The notes under the pieces are model-generated. The model did no database searches. It was not told the origin of the DNA and saw only the letters and a program-made list of their open reading frames with translations. A program made the position numbers and the translations under genes. This document shows, one piece after another, positions 25,246 through 38,914 of a DNA stretch of 64,000 nt. The stretch's first letter is position 1; every line of letters starts with the position of its first letter. The stretch is from Eledone cirrhosa (Eukaryota), in assembly GCA_964016885.1 (NCBI GenBank), contig OZ024743.1, forward strand, positions 369,086,001-369,150,000, read 5' to 3'.

Positions 25246-25342
25246 GATGGATGAACAGATAGACAGATGGGCGGACAGACAAACAGACAGATACATAGAT
25301 AGATAGATATGTAGATAGGTAGATAGGTAGATAGATAGATAG
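25246..25342. repeat. (GATA/GACA)n microsatellite at the 5' side of Tx1 copy 2
   Basis: Direct reading. Confidence 0.85.
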
Positions 25343-25370
25343 AAATATGGCTTATCATCATTATCATAAT

Positions 25371-25600
25371 CTCCGAGGTTAACTTTGCCTTTCATCCTTA
25401 CGGGGTCGATAAAATAAAGTACCAGTAATGTACTGGGTAATTGCTGGCCTTGTGCCTAAAGTAGAAACAATTATCATAATCTGAGTTCAAATCCCGCCGA
25501 GGTTCACTTTGCCTTTCATCCTTACGGGGTCGATAAAACAAAGTACCAGTAATGTACTGGGTAATTGCTGGCCTTGTGCCAAAATGTAGAAACAATTATC
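25371..25600 (+). mobile_element. two tandem 5'-truncated Nin/Deu-type SINE copies
   Basis: Core and tail repeated at 25371-25477 and 25481-25600. Confidence 0.8.
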
Positions 25601-25604
25601 ATAA

Positions 25605-26960
25605 TCATCATCATCATCATGACCATCATGATAATGATCATCATCACTGGTTTTTTCATTCATTTTTTCATGCTTGCTTGTCTTAGATGAGTCTTCACCA
25701 GTACAGCATCTCTCCACTTGCTCTTTTTCTTTATCATTTCCTTTGTGAAATCAGCATCTTGAGATCAGCTTTCACAATCTCTTCCCAGATTTTCCTGGGT
25801 TTTCCTGTTTCTTAGTTTCCTTCTACTTGGAACTCCTGGTATTTCTTCACCCCACAATCACTACCTATGTTCATAACATGCCTATACCAGTACAATCATC
25901 TCTCCAGTGCACCATGTATGATTCTTCTAATAGCTAGTTTTTCTCTCAAATTATTTGGGCTTTATCATTCATGTACACATTACATATCCAACAGAGCATT
26001 CTTAATTAATTTCTATCTAGCTTTTGCATATCCACCACATTTGGTGCCTATGTCCCACAACCATGCAGCATTGCACTACATATACAAGCATCATACAATC
26101 TACCCATCACTGAGAGAAAATCTCTTTGTTGCCAGCAGAAGTAGTAGTTCGCTGAACTTTCCCAACTCTTTTCTTATTCTGACTACTATGCTTTCAGAAC
26201 AATCAGTTCCACTGCTAATTTGGTTACCTAGGTAACAAAAGCTATCAACTACTTCTATGTAGCCTTCCTAGAAAAAAGTTTATTTTACTATCTGTGAACA
26301 TCTTCCAAATACAAAGTCTAAAGTTTCTGTTAGCCTGTTTGCGATCACACTGCATCTCTTGTGTACCGATATTTTATATTAAATACACCAAATGGAATTG
26401 TGTACTCATGTTTTATATTAAGTACATTAAATGGAATTCATATCTACTCCTTTGCAACGATTATTCTATGTCTTTTGATTTTAGATTTTGCTTCCACGTC
26501 TGGAATTTTTTCTCTAAATCATCCACAAATTCAGTTATCAGAACTAGGTCACCAGCATATAGAAGTTCCATGGAAAACTAGTCTTAAATTCTTCTGTAAT
26601 GGCCTATAGAACTATAATAAACAAAAGTGAACTGAAGACTGAAGGCTGAAGTCCTGATGCACACCCACCTGCACACTAAATTCTTCATTAAACTCATTGC
26701 CAGCCCTCACTTCACTGACAATATCGTTATACATGGTTTGTACTCCTCTCACAAACCATACATCTATTCCCAGACTAAGGCACATGATATTCTTTCAAAT
26801 GTCTTCTCCAAATCAAGGAATGCTAGGTATAATGGATTGCTCTCTCGCTATGAAGAAAGCATTGGTTGTACTCTTACCTGGCACAAATCCAAATTGTATC
26901 TCATCTAAACTAATTCTATTCCTAATTATTTGTGCTAAAATTCTTCCATCATTTGATCCA
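25605..26960 (-). mobile_element. old degenerate RTE LINE fragment
   Basis: (GAT)n tail, VVDSFCYLG, LLYAGD and QFGF-like remnants. Confidence 0.7.
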
Positions 26961-28014
26961 TTCAATGTTCAAATCTTAATTATGAGAGTTAGTACTCAGT
27001 CTTGTGACAAATTCAACTCATATGTAGGGCTCAACCAAGGATCCCTTCTATTCACCATCCCTTCTATTCTGTGTGCAAAACATTTTCATTGCTCTGTACA
27101 TATCTCAAACAAGCCCAGCTGAGGGCATTCCTCTGTCTGTAGAGTTTACCTTAAACTAGCTACTCATATCTTCCTCAATATCACTCACTACTGGAAATTT
27201 CAAGAAGTCATCCATAGTCCCCATGCTGAAAGTACTCTGGAATAGATCAGTCAGTTGATTATCATTGACACCTGAGGCTTCTTTATAATAATGACAGCTC
27301 TGAGTTGGAAGCATAATGTAAAGTCTATTTTAGCCACACAGGATCAACATTTAGTCACAGATACAAAATAATGGTTTCTGATTTAGGCACAAAGCCAACA
27401 ATTTGGTGGGGGAGAGGAAAGTTGATTAAAGCGACTCCAGTGAGTTACTGGCACTTTATTTTATCAACCCTGTAAGGATAAACAATAGGCCACAAAACAT
27501 GTTGCCCAACGCTCTACTGATACTATCAATCCAACACCCTTATAACTATAAAAAATAATGAAAAAATAGTCAATATCAAATGTAGACAATAGAATCAGTA
27601 TAAATCAATTGACCATGTAATTTTTGATTGCCCATTCCTTGCAAATCTAAGTCTATCATTCACTAATATGATTGAGTCAATTGGGTCGAAGTGTATGTTC
27701 AGCAGAAAATATGCAAATACTAGAAGATAAAAAGATATAGTAACAATTGGTATAATCATATAAGAAACATGTACATGATAACAACTGGAACATGTTAGGC
27801 TAGCCTGACAAAGATATCAAGCAAAATCATCCTAATATAATTATCAAAAACAGGAAATAAAAACCTCTGTACTCTGACAAACAATTCAATCTCTTCTGAT
27901 TAACACATCACTCAGTAGGAGATGAAGAAATTGTCAAAGATACTGAAACTGAATTAAGCAAGATAGGAGTCATAACAGGGAAAACATTAATAGTGGGGGG
28001 CACTAGTGTTATGA

Positions 28015-28490
28015 CCATGTCATGCTCATACAGAACTATTTCTGGCTTGGTTTCTACAGCTGGATGTCCTTCCTAATGCCAAACACATTTACAGTATGGA
28101 CTGGGTGCTTTGTATTGAGGCACCAAAATGAGCACTTTACAGGTTGGACAGAATGCTTTTTGTTGTGTCATCAGCATAACAGCCTTACAGGATGGACGAG
28201 GGCTTTTTATTGTGTTACTAAATCGACCACCTTTCAGGTGGGTGCTTTTTGTCATGTCACCAACACGACCACCTTAGAGAGTAGACCACATGCTTTTTTT
28301 CATGTCACCAACATGACAACTTTACAGGATGGAATGGATGCTTTTTGTCATGTCACCAATACAACCACTTTACAAGGAGGGCTGAGTGCTATTGTCGTGT
28401 CACCAGCATAACCACATTACATGGTAGACTAATGGTTTTGTTGTCACCAGCATGACCACATTACAAGGTGGACTAAAAGCTTTTTGCCAT
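28015..28490 (-). repeat. RTE/SINE-tail element with ~8 diverged tandem ~47-bp modules
   Basis: Repeated accactttacag..ggactgg.tgctttttgtcatgtcacc modules next to ggatgtccttcctaatgccaa. Confidence 0.7.
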
Positions 28491-29102
28491 TTTAGCATCA
28501 TTGTGAGAGAGCGTATCCAGCTTTCCATGCATCTTAAGTCTCAAAACTAAAAGCAGAAGTATCACTACTATAATTTATAGATTTACATTTGTTTTTCCAT
28601 ATTAGCATGTAAGGGATTATTTGATCAAAATATGAAATTTAGGATGTAAGTTGAAAGGGGTCACTTGAAATTAATCTTATAATTTCTGTTTACTTCTTAA
28701 TATCATTTTTACTGTTGAACTTGATAACTTTTCTCATAGACATTCTAATCTTTCTTGTAAATTTTATGGTTTGTTTATGGAATATTTGAAATTAAAGCCA
28801 AATGTTCCGTATTTATTCTAATTGGAAGATGTTTCATTGAAAAAATATTTTTTTAATGTGTAGAAATATGTATACTCCCTAAAAAAGCAATCCAAAAAAA
28901 TTTCTTTACAAAATGTTTTGAGAAAAGTTTGAAATAGTTATTCATTGAAATAAATTATTTTCCTTTAAAGAAAAGCCACAACATAAACTAATCATTTCAG
29001 CAATCATTTCTAATGATTTAATAAAATTCCCATAACTTTATCCAATGAAACTGTATCCAGGCTCTAAGTTCAAAGTATAGTTGTTATTATAAGTTCTTTA
29101 AT

Positions 29103-29300
29103 TGTGTATGTGTGTCTGTGTCTGTGTCTGTAAATATGTGTGTGTGTATATATATACATATGTGTATACATGTGTATCTGCATGCCTCTGTGTGTGTATA
29201 TGTGTGTGTGCATGTATGTGTACATGTATACATGTGTGAGTACATGTATGTGTGCATACACATGTGTGTGTGTGTGTGCATGAGAGGGAGAGAGAGAGAG
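29103..29300. repeat. (TG/TA)n and (GA)n microsatellite
   Basis: Direct reading. Confidence 0.85.
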
Positions 29301-30469
29301 TAAGAAATGTTAGCAAGATAATTTCAGATCATTACAAAAATGGAGGTTGAGAAAAGATATGTCAACAAAAAAAATATGAATTGTGAGATCAATTTTTGAT
29401 GACTAGGCAAATTGTGACACAACGGGGACATTGTGAAATGAATACAGAAAAAAAATATTAATTAAAGTTTGAAAATGAAAATAAGTAACGAAGACATTTA
29501 ACTTAAGTCTTGAAAGTGTGGAAGATTGTAAAACTATCAGATGTTGGTTGAAGTAATCTTTTGAGATTTGTCTCTATGTGGGAATATTAGATTTACCAAC
29601 TCATAGCAGATTTCAGTTGGAATTTTTCTTTTTTTTTTATTATAGCAGTATACAATTACTGTCAAAGAATCTGTGAAATTCTTTCAGTTGAAAGAATATC
29701 TCATTAATATATCTTAGAGATAATTCCAGCTTTCAAGAAACTAAAAATTTTAGTGGGCTTATTGTTACATTACTGTACTTTTAGGTTTTATTATTTTAGA
29801 ATTCTCGATGGATCTTATTTCCTTTACCCCCCCATCCTGCTTTTTTTTTCATTTAGCATAAAAAAAAATTGTTTTTGCAGTATGAATATGCAAGATTATA
29901 ACTTTCTCGCTTCCAATTATGAAAGATCAAAATTAATACTAAGTTAGTCATATTCACATAGAAAAACTATAAACCCTGAAAAACCTTCATTTGTGTACCT
30001 ATTGTGTACCTATTTCATACATATAATACATATAATAAATAATATTCCATTGGTAAATATTGTCCTTTTGTTACCATATTTCTATCAAAATATGCTGGCT
30101 ATATGTTTCAAATAATTTTGAAAATAATAAAAAGTTTGGAGAAATCTGATACAATAACTAACTTTTTCATTGGCCTTTTGCTGCCCCTCGGTCCAGCCTC
30201 ACTGGCTTGAGCTGGGAAGGGAAGCCTGTGGCATCTAGGTCATGCTTTATAGTCTCAAATTGTTGTGTATTTTTTATTTGAATGATAAATCAGTATCAAT
30301 TACAGTTTTAGAAAGTTTAAGATATTTAAGATAAGGATAACTGGAAAAAGTTTGTGTTAATGTCCAGTTTCAATTGGTGCAGCTTAGTGATGATGATCAT
30401 GATGATAATGATGAAAGATGGAATTGTAAATGCAATCCATTGATGGGCATAATATATTTCATTGTTAAT

Positions 30470-30700
30470 GGGGAAAAAAACACAAAGTCCACCCCATATG
30501 GTAATCCGGTGCTATAACAACTAAGCACCCAGTCCACACTGTAACGTGTTTATCTTTAGGAAGGGCATCCAGTTGTAGAAACCAAGCCAAAATACAGATC
30601 TGTGTATACAAGACATGGTCGTCCGATCTGAATTGTCTCACATGACAATCCATCTAACTCATGCATGCCATGAAAAATAGATGTGAAACAGTGATGAATG
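30470..30700 (+). mobile_element. degenerate RTE-tail SINE fragment
   Basis: gcacccagtccacactgtaa..aggaagggcatccagttgtagaaacc..catgaaaaatagatgtgaaacagtgatga. Confidence 0.65.
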
Positions 30701-31140
30701 AAAACAATGACTCTAATAGTGAGCTCTTATACAGTAGAAAGTATTAGTTTGTCAGAATAAGTAAGTCATGATCAAAATAAAAGACTTAAAGCATGGTTAA
30801 CTAAGTTAAAAATCCTTACATGTTTAAATAAATGCTTACCAATTACAAAATGGTTCATTCTAGACAGAATTTATCAAAGCATTGAAATGAAGACAAAGAA
30901 TTTTCTATAGATAAATAACTTATGAACATATTATTTACGCTAACAGATAATTTAACTTTAAATTAGCTAAATACATTTTCACTTGTATGTACATAAATTC
31001 AAATTATAAACACTTCCTACCTTCAACACACTTTGTAACTGACACAAACCACCTAAATATTCCAATTAGAAACTTTTTATTACCATTTTTGTGTGTTTCT
31101 ACGATAAACATCATTTCAGTTTATCTTTTGACTGCTTTAA

Positions 31141-31361
31141 CCCTTTAGCATTCAAACCAGCCATATCCGGCCAGAAATGTCTCACCTCTTTCTGTTCAAA
31201 TCAGCTGTAACTGGCCACTCATACTGATGTGAAGGTATTGTTCTCAAGATAAATAACATCAAAATCTCATAGATTTGATATTATGTGAGATAATTATGTA
31301 AGATAAAGTGTTTACTACCAAAATACAATAGTATATATAGAGTAATGTGAATGCTAAAGGG
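31141..31361. mobile_element. piggyBac-type MITE
   Basis: TTAA|CCCTTTAGCATTCA ... TGAATGCTAAAGGG|TTAA: 14-bp TIRs with TTAA target duplication. Confidence 0.85.
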
Positions 31362-32067
31362 TTAAACTATACTTTTCTCTTTACATCTATACATCCTTTT
31401 ACCTTAATTAACTCATCTACCTATTTATTATATTAGACTCATCTAACTCTTCTAGTCTATTTTAGTAAGTTCTCTTCTTTTGAAGTAATAACATACCTAT
31501 ACATTTTTCTTGACCTAACCAACCTTCAACTCTGATAATTTATGATAATTTAAGTAAATTTCATTCATTTATTTCATCAACTAAATTTTGTGTCCCCTTA
31601 AGTAATTTCCTGTAATTATTTTTTTTTATTTTTCCTCATTTCTTTTCTATTCATTTATTTTAATTAACCAAATTTCTCATTTTATCCCCACCCCCATTTT
31701 ATTTCACTTTTCTGTATATTTTATATTTACTTTATATATCTTATATATCTATTTAATTATTTATTTAATCACTTCATATATTTTATATATATATATCTAC
31801 TTAATTATTTATTTAATTATCCAACCTAATTCTTTGCAGTTTAATGTATTCACTACCTATCATTTTTATTTTATCCCAACTCAAACTATTTCAAATTTGT
31901 CTATATTGGTGAGAGGAAGACGTGTACCAATGTTGATGTGGTATCTATAACATTTAGGTGATTACCTCCTCCATATTATTTATTCAACACTTTGAGAATA
32001 GATTATCATCCTTATGTCTCATATTTTCCCTAGGTAACACTTCTGTTATTAAAGCTACACTAAGGAT

Positions 32068-32281
32068 GATGGATTGGCAGAATTATTACAGCATTGAACA
32101 AAGTAGTTTACGATATTTATTTTGGCTCCTTATAGTAGTAGTTCAAATCCTGCCAAGGTCAACTTTGCCTTTCATTCTTCAGGAGTCAATAAAATGCCAG
32201 TCAAGTACTGAGGTTCATATAATCGACTTTTCCTTTCCCTCAAATTGCTGGCCCTGTGCCAAATTTAGAAATCATAATTAC
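32068..32281 (+). mobile_element. diverged Nin/Deu-type SINE
   Basis: tggattggcagaat..gttcaaatcctgccaaggtcaactttgcctttcat..gctggccctgtgccaaatttagaaa; a similar diverged copy lies at 27369-27540 (-). Confidence 0.7.
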
Positions 32282-32647
32282 ATCTTCACCATCAATTAGC
32301 ATTTAAATTAATTATTATCATTTACCCAAACATAGTCATTGTCATCTGAATTTGTTTACAAAGACTAAAAACGTTTTTTTTTTAATTGTCTTTTGTTTCT
32401 AGATATCTATAAATAATAGTTCTTTGAACATTTTTTACCAATGCACTACTTATTTCTTTACTTATATGCCTTGGGTTCCTTCTCAACTCATTTATTAAAC
32501 TTCATTAGATTGTTGGGTATTTTAAGTCAACTAGGTTTAGTTCCAAATCCCTAAGCTTCTTCAAAATTTAATGATTTTCAACAAAGTAACAAAGTTATTT
32601 CCTTTCAACCAGTAACATACCTGATCATTATTTTTATTTATGTTTTC

Positions 32648-32827
32648 CATCATGACATGGGTTAGATAGGTTGTCACGTTCTGCGACTAGACCAGTCAGG
32701 GGATCACATCATGACATGGGTTAGATAGGTTGTCACGTTCTGCGACTAGACCAGTCAGGGGATCACATCATGACATGGGTTAGATAGGTTGTCATGTTCT
32801 GCGACTAGACCAGTCAGGGGATCACAT
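32648..32827. repeat. 59-bp tandem repeat x3
   Basis: catgacatgggttagataggttgtcacgttctgcgactagaccagtcaggggatcacat at 32651, 32710 and 32769. Confidence 0.95.
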
Positions 32828-33367
32828 TTTGCCCATATGTATCATACCTCCTTCAATAATTTTCACTTCAATTCTTCTTCTTCTTCTTCTTCTTCTTCTT
32901 CTTCTTCTCCCATTGATTCCTGGGAAGGTCGAGCGAGCAGATCTACTACTGGGTCTCCTGCCAGTTGGTTTTGCCTGTACAATCTGACCAGAAATTCTTT
33001 CCTGAAACATTCTAACCACATGTCCATAATATCAGAGTTATGATTTCTCAATTCATAGAAGTAACAGCTCTACATGGATTCTCTGATCCCCAAGCTATAC
33101 ACTCTATTGAGTAACATTATTCCAAAGACCCTATGGAGGAACCCCATTTCAACCACTTCTTGATCATATTCTTTCAGTCATTATCCAAGATTCATGTCCA
33201 TAATTAAGAGTTGGCATGAATACTGAATTGAAGATAGCAAATTTGGCTTTTGCACCTACCTCCCTTCTCATGACCAAATATTATTTTCAATTGTGAGTTG
33301 TTGCCTTTATCTTGGTTGGTTTAGATATTGTTCAACATTGTTTACTGTTCCTCAATACAGGTAGAAT

Positions 33368-33560
33368 TCATCATCATCATCATCTTCACCATTTAATGTC
33401 TATGTTATATGTTTGGATGGGTTAGATGGGCTGTTACATTATGGGGCCTGACAAGTCAGGTGACCAAATCTTGCTCATACACTCCATTTCGGGTATGGTT
33501 TTCGATGATCTGATGCCCTTCCTAACACCAACCACCTTACAGAGTGAACTGGCTGCTTTT
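33368..33560 (-). mobile_element. RTE-tail SINE 3' end seeding the adjacent minisatellite
   Basis: (CAT)n at 33368-33385 and gatgcccttcctaacaccaaccac at 33512-33536. Confidence 0.7.
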
Positions 33561-34170
33561 TGTCATGGTACTAGCACAGCCCTCTTATAGGATGAACTGG
33601 GTATTTTTTTGTCATGGCACTAGTACAACCCTCTTACAGGATGGATTGGGTTTTATGTTTTTTGTCATGGCAATAACACAGCCCTCTTACAGGGTGGACT
33701 GGGTTTTATGTTTTTGTCATGGCAATAACACAGCCCTCTTACAGGGTGGACTGGGTTTTATGTTTTTGTCATGGCAATAGAACAGCCCTCTTACAGGGTG
33801 GACTGGGTTTTATTTTTTTGTCATGGCAATAGCACAGCCCTCTTACAGGGTGGACTGGGTTTTATGTTTTTGTCATGGCAATAGAACAGCCCTCTTACAG
33901 GGTGGACTGGGTTTTATGTTTTTGTCATGGCAATAGAACAGCCCTCTTACAGGGTGGACTGGGTTTTATGTTTTTGTCATGGCAATAGAACAGCCCTCTT
34001 ACAGGGTGGACTGGGTTTTATGTTTTTGTCATGGCAATAACACAGCCCTCTTACAGGGTGGACTGGGTTTTATGTTTTTGTCATGGCAATAACACAGCCC
34101 TCTTACAGGGTGGACTGGGTTTTATGTTTTTGTCATGGCAATAGCACAGCCCTCTTACAGGGTGGACTGG
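33560..34170. repeat. 52-bp minisatellite (~10 near-identical units plus 2 diverged)
   Basis: cagccctcttacagggtggactgggttttatgtttttgtcatggcaata(a/g)(c/a)a at exact 52-bp period from 33679 to 34147. Confidence 0.95.
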
Positions 34171-34459
34171 TGTGTTTTATCATGTAAATAGAGAGAACAA
34201 GCACTGCTACATATTACTTGATAAATTAAAGTAATAATTTTCACTACATTAAGTGTGTTAGTACAGTACAGTCATTGTTGTTTAATAAAAACTAATTCAT
34301 ACTATGTTCTCTGGACCTCTACTTGCAAACTTGCAATTGTTTTGAACTATTGGATTGAATAGAAAGTAAATTATGTCAAATTATTGATAAATAAATACTC
34401 TATATGTGGCTTCTGGTGTCACATATATGATTGAAATTATGAAATAGTGGCACAAACCC

Positions 34460-34706
34460 ATGTGTCTGTGTGTAAATATCTGTATGTGTAGGTGTGTAAA
34501 TGTTTGTGTGTAAGTGTGTGTATGTGTAAGTGTGTGTGTGTAAGTGTGTGTGTAAGTGAGTGTGTATGTGTGTATGCGTATGTGTATGTGCAAGTATTGT
34601 GTGTGTATCTGTGTATGTATGTGTAAGTGTGTGTGTGTCTGTGTGTATATATGTGCATGTATGTGTGTGTATGTATGTGTATATGTGTATGTGTGTGAGT
34701 GGGTGT
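34460..34706. repeat. (TG)n-rich microsatellite
   Basis: Direct reading. Confidence 0.85.
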
Positions 34707-37113
34707 GTTGTTCGATGCTTACCAATACTGCCAATCCACCGGTTGACTATTTTTAATCAACAATATCTTTCAAGTGGTGATTTGACTGTTGTTACTGTTT
34801 AGGTTCTTCCTAGCACTGATCAAGTAGTTGTTTGAGCAAAAAACACTCCATCCATGACCATCTCGTATTGTTAGAAATATTTATGATTACACTATCTATT
34901 GTCTTCTTTTCCTTTTTTTAAGATTGTGGAATTGTGAGGAGCCTTCAGTCGTGTCAAGGACATGACAGCCTCCCTAGTGTTGGTGAACTACACAATAATT
35001 GAGCCCCTAGTACATGCTGTAAAGTGGTTGGTAGTAGGAATGACTTGTACCAATGTTGATGTGGTATCTATAATATATGTAGTGAAATTATCATGTATAA
35101 ATCTGCAGATATGGAATGAAAACAACCAAACTAGCTATCATGAAACATATGTAGCAGTAATTTGATACTCTTTGCAATAGGGTTTCACTTGGCCTATTAA
35201 GCAGCCACCAAAAATTTAACCTAAGAATTACAGAGCTGTTTCTCTTTATCTCGGGTTGGCACCAGTTGTCTGGAGAGACTGGACAAGCTTAAATGAGATA
35301 AGTTTTTGTTGGGTCATTCCACTCTGGTTTCTTGGAAGATGAGGGCATACTTTGAGTTGGACAAGCAGTAGAGAGATGTAACATTTAGCCAAATAGCCAA
35401 ATACTCCAACCCAATCGACATGGTTGGACTACTTTTATAAAGGTTTGTTCTGGTCAGATTACTACTACATTCATGCAAACCAACATAACACACAATTCAT
35501 TCGGCTCTTTGTTGTTTCCTGTCTTATCAACAATAGTTTTGAAGTAAGCTATTTTCATAATAAAAATTCTTTATGTAGTGACCATGTTTTACTTGTTCAT
35601 TCCTCAGCATTTCCTCCACTGTTCTTATATATGGGACAATTTTTACCTGCTTCATAATCACCCAGCAAACCAACAATACAAACTACTACAACCTCTGTTA
35701 GGTTCAAATGAACAACAACAAACACAAACTAATTCCTTCTATCACTACATCTACACTTCTCACCATTCAACTTCTACAACACATTAAACTAAAATACATC
35801 TCATTTCACTACATTTCCTTTTCACTACACATACAGGTACTTAAGCCCAACTGAAATACAGCTTTGCTCTCTTACCTATTTTCTTCTCACTCAGCAAACA
35901 AGAACAAAATCATCTTTGTAATTTTTGCATCAACTTTTTCATGCTAGCATGGTTTGTGTGTGACTTTTTGAGGTAATGCTTCACAGCAGATGCCCTTTTT
36001 GATACCAACTCTTTTAGTTGCTTCTTACAACATGCAGGGATATGGCATACTTATTCTGAACCAGATACAATAACATCATATAAAAAATATTTAAAAATTT
36101 ATATTTGTATTTCTGTTTATGCTTTTTTTTTTAACAATTCATATAAATATCCAAACTAACTGAAGCACTAAAGCAAGGATGAGCATGGAAAGAATTGATA
36201 TAAAATTGTTTAGAAAACTTAGTTGTTAATTGTCCTATTTAAAACACAACTAAGGACATGCACACACACACACACACTTAAAAAAAAACATAAACACAAA
36301 CATACACACACACAGTCTGAGCTAAGAACACATACATACCTAAAAACCAAACACACACACCAAGTATATGCATAGAGGTACCCACATACATTAATACAAT
36401 GTATCAGGGTTAAAAATAGAAGCACTTAACATTATAATAAACTATAATATATATTTGATGGTATCAGGCACTAAAACATGATAAGTGTTGAACCTAACAG
36501 AGCAGTTTTTTGTTTGTTTTTTTTTACCCGATAACCTAAAAAAAAAAGTCTTTATTCCATTTTATACTTTTTCTTAGCTGCCCACTTTATTTTTGTGTCT
36601 TTTAAATGATACACCAAAATCTGTAGAACCCTGGGTTCACATTCAATTGGGGTCACTCCTACCTTTTAACCTGTTATCCTTCTGGAGTTAATAAAACAAC
36701 TACCATCTGTGTACTGAGATTTGGTTTAATTGAATATAAAGGGTTGAGAGGACTCTTCAGTTGTGTCAAGGGCCCAACAATCTTTCTAGTGCTGCTAATT
36801 TACATGACAAATGCACCCAGTACACGCTGTAAACTTTCCACATAAATCATTAGGAGGATTCTTCAGCATAACAACTTCCCTTGTCCTGGTATCATGATAA
36901 AATGTACTTGGTGCACTTGATAGAGTGCAGGAATGCATGTAAATGGGATGCTGGACCCCAACCACTCTGAGAGGTCAGTAGCTCCAATTAAATACTGACT
37001 TTATCTGTGACGACTAGTCCAACCCTTGCTAGCAAGGAAAATGATGATGATGATACTCTCCTCCAAAACTTGGATTTGTGTCAATGTTAGAAATCCTTAT
37101 TATAAAAGAAAGG

Positions 37114-37328
37114 AGGGTGGTGGGTTGGCAGAATTGGTAGAGCATTGGACAATATGCTTTGTGGCATATAGTTATGGCCCTTGTTCTGAGTTCAAATCAT
37201 TCTGAGGTTAGCTTTACCTTTCATCCTTACCGGGTCGATAAAATAAAGTAACGCAGTGGGGTCGATTTAATAGACCCTGCCCTTCCCTTCAAATTGCTGG
37301 CCTTGTGCCAAAAGTAGAAACAATTATT
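37114..37328 (+). mobile_element. Nin/Deu-type SINE (longer variant)
   Basis: A box tggcagaattgg, B box gagttcaaatc, same core and tail; a similar variant lies at 56875-57061. Confidence 0.8.
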
Positions 37329-37479
37329 ACAAGAAGGTGACTGTGGAGCGGAAGACACAGCTCTCCAATAAATTTACAGAAAAGGCGAGTAACTAAGGAG
37401 CGTATAGACTGGGTGTGTAAGCCTACTTTTAATATGCACTTGTAGAGTTGGTTGAGGATTTCCTCTATTTGGGAACAAA

Positions 37480-37985
37480 GTTTGGGAACACAGAAGATGA
37501 TGTGGTTGAGAGAAAGAGCAAAGACTGGGTGGTGTGCCACAGTTTGAGATCAGTGTAGAAGTCGGACCTTCATAAAGACCTGAAGATTCATCTCTTCGTT
37601 ACTACAGTAGAGTCTGTGCTACTGTATGGGTCTGAGACTTGGACACTGACCAAGAAACTCACTCAGATGGTGGATGGGTGCTACACGAGAATGCTGAGGA
37701 TGGCTCTGAACATTGATCAGTATACACTGAGGATGACAGCTCGAAAGTAACACAGAGGAGATTGAGGTTAGCTGGACATGCTCATCGACATTAATAGTTG
37801 ACACTGCACTGAGTGCTCCTGTGGGAGCCCCTACACGGACACACTAGAAGAGGGAGACTGAGGTTGACATATGTTGATGCCCTAAGGCTAGACACAGGTC
37901 TCTTGGCGATGATGAGGGACACAGACCGCTGGAGAGAACTCACCCATGGATTTCGGGAATTTTACCCACCCTAGATAGATAGATT
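37480..37985 (+). mobile_element. 3' fragment of a different RTE-group LINE
   Basis: LKIHLFVTTVESVLLYGSETWTLTKKL..DGCYTRMLRMALNI; RLRLAGHAHRH; RGRLRLTYVDAL; (TAGA)n end. Confidence 0.75.
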
Positions 37986-38233
37986 GTAGACCAGAGGGCA
38001 TAGCTGAGAGAAGTTACTTGCCCTTAGTAATCAGGGAATCCTGGATCTGTGAAGTTCCTTGCTTTGTCCTATGTGGTTACCCCTCCACCCATATTGGTAT
38101 TCACTTATTTACCAACAAAATGTTTACAATGCTTACAAATATTGAACAAAAACATTCATGATTTTACAGACAGTAAACAGAAAATAAAATAATAAATTCA
38201 ATTCCTCAGCAGAATACATTATTTTACAAGATA

Positions 38234-38420
38234 CGGTGGATTGGCAGTATCAGTAGAGGGTCGGAGGCCATGCTTTCCAGCATAGTTACGTCCCTTTACG
38301 ATCTGAGTTCAAATCTCGCCGAGGTTGACTTTGCCTTTCATCCTTATGGGGTCGATAAAATAAAGTACCAGTAGTGCACTGGGTAATTGCTGGCCTTGTG
38401 CCTAAAGTAGAACCAATTAT
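38234..38420 (+). mobile_element. Nin/Deu-type SINE
   Basis: Full copy homologous to 3911-4103. Confidence 0.85.
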
Positions 38421-38632
38421 TATCATTGGAGACATTTGGTTCACCATTATTCCAGTGCCATGTCAGCTTAGATTGTCATGATTTTCATTATAAGAAAACA
38501 AAGTATAAAAAAAACGACTAATGATACGACTAATGATACGACTAATGATTTTCTAACAGAAAATAGCATCCTTTTTAACAATTTGAATGACACAAATAAC
38601 AACAATAACAATGGTGATAACACACACACACA

Positions 38633-38665
<33 letters not shown>

Positions 38666-38914
38666 CTTATTTAACAAGCCAAGAATTTAATTATGATTTC
38701 AAACTGAGAAAGAGGAAAGCATTTTTAGCTATCCTTATTTCACTGCAAATATCTCAAAACAAATGAGCTCTGGATATAAATTATCTGGTAGAGAAAAAGG
38801 ACAAGAGGTGCTACATTCATATGTTAGGTCCTTATTAAACCATGAGATAAAAGAGAAAATATTTTATCTCTGCATCTCAAAAACCACTATGATTTTTCTT
38901 GTGCCTACAAAAGA

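Noticed and set aside
27660-28010. Very old R4/Dong-like 3' fragment (NWYNH.., HPNIII)
   Set aside because: Too degenerate to define boundaries confidently.
33560-34170. CRISPR-like regular array
   Set aside because: Units are contiguous with no unique spacers, derive from a retroelement tail, and no cas genes are present in this eukaryotic context.
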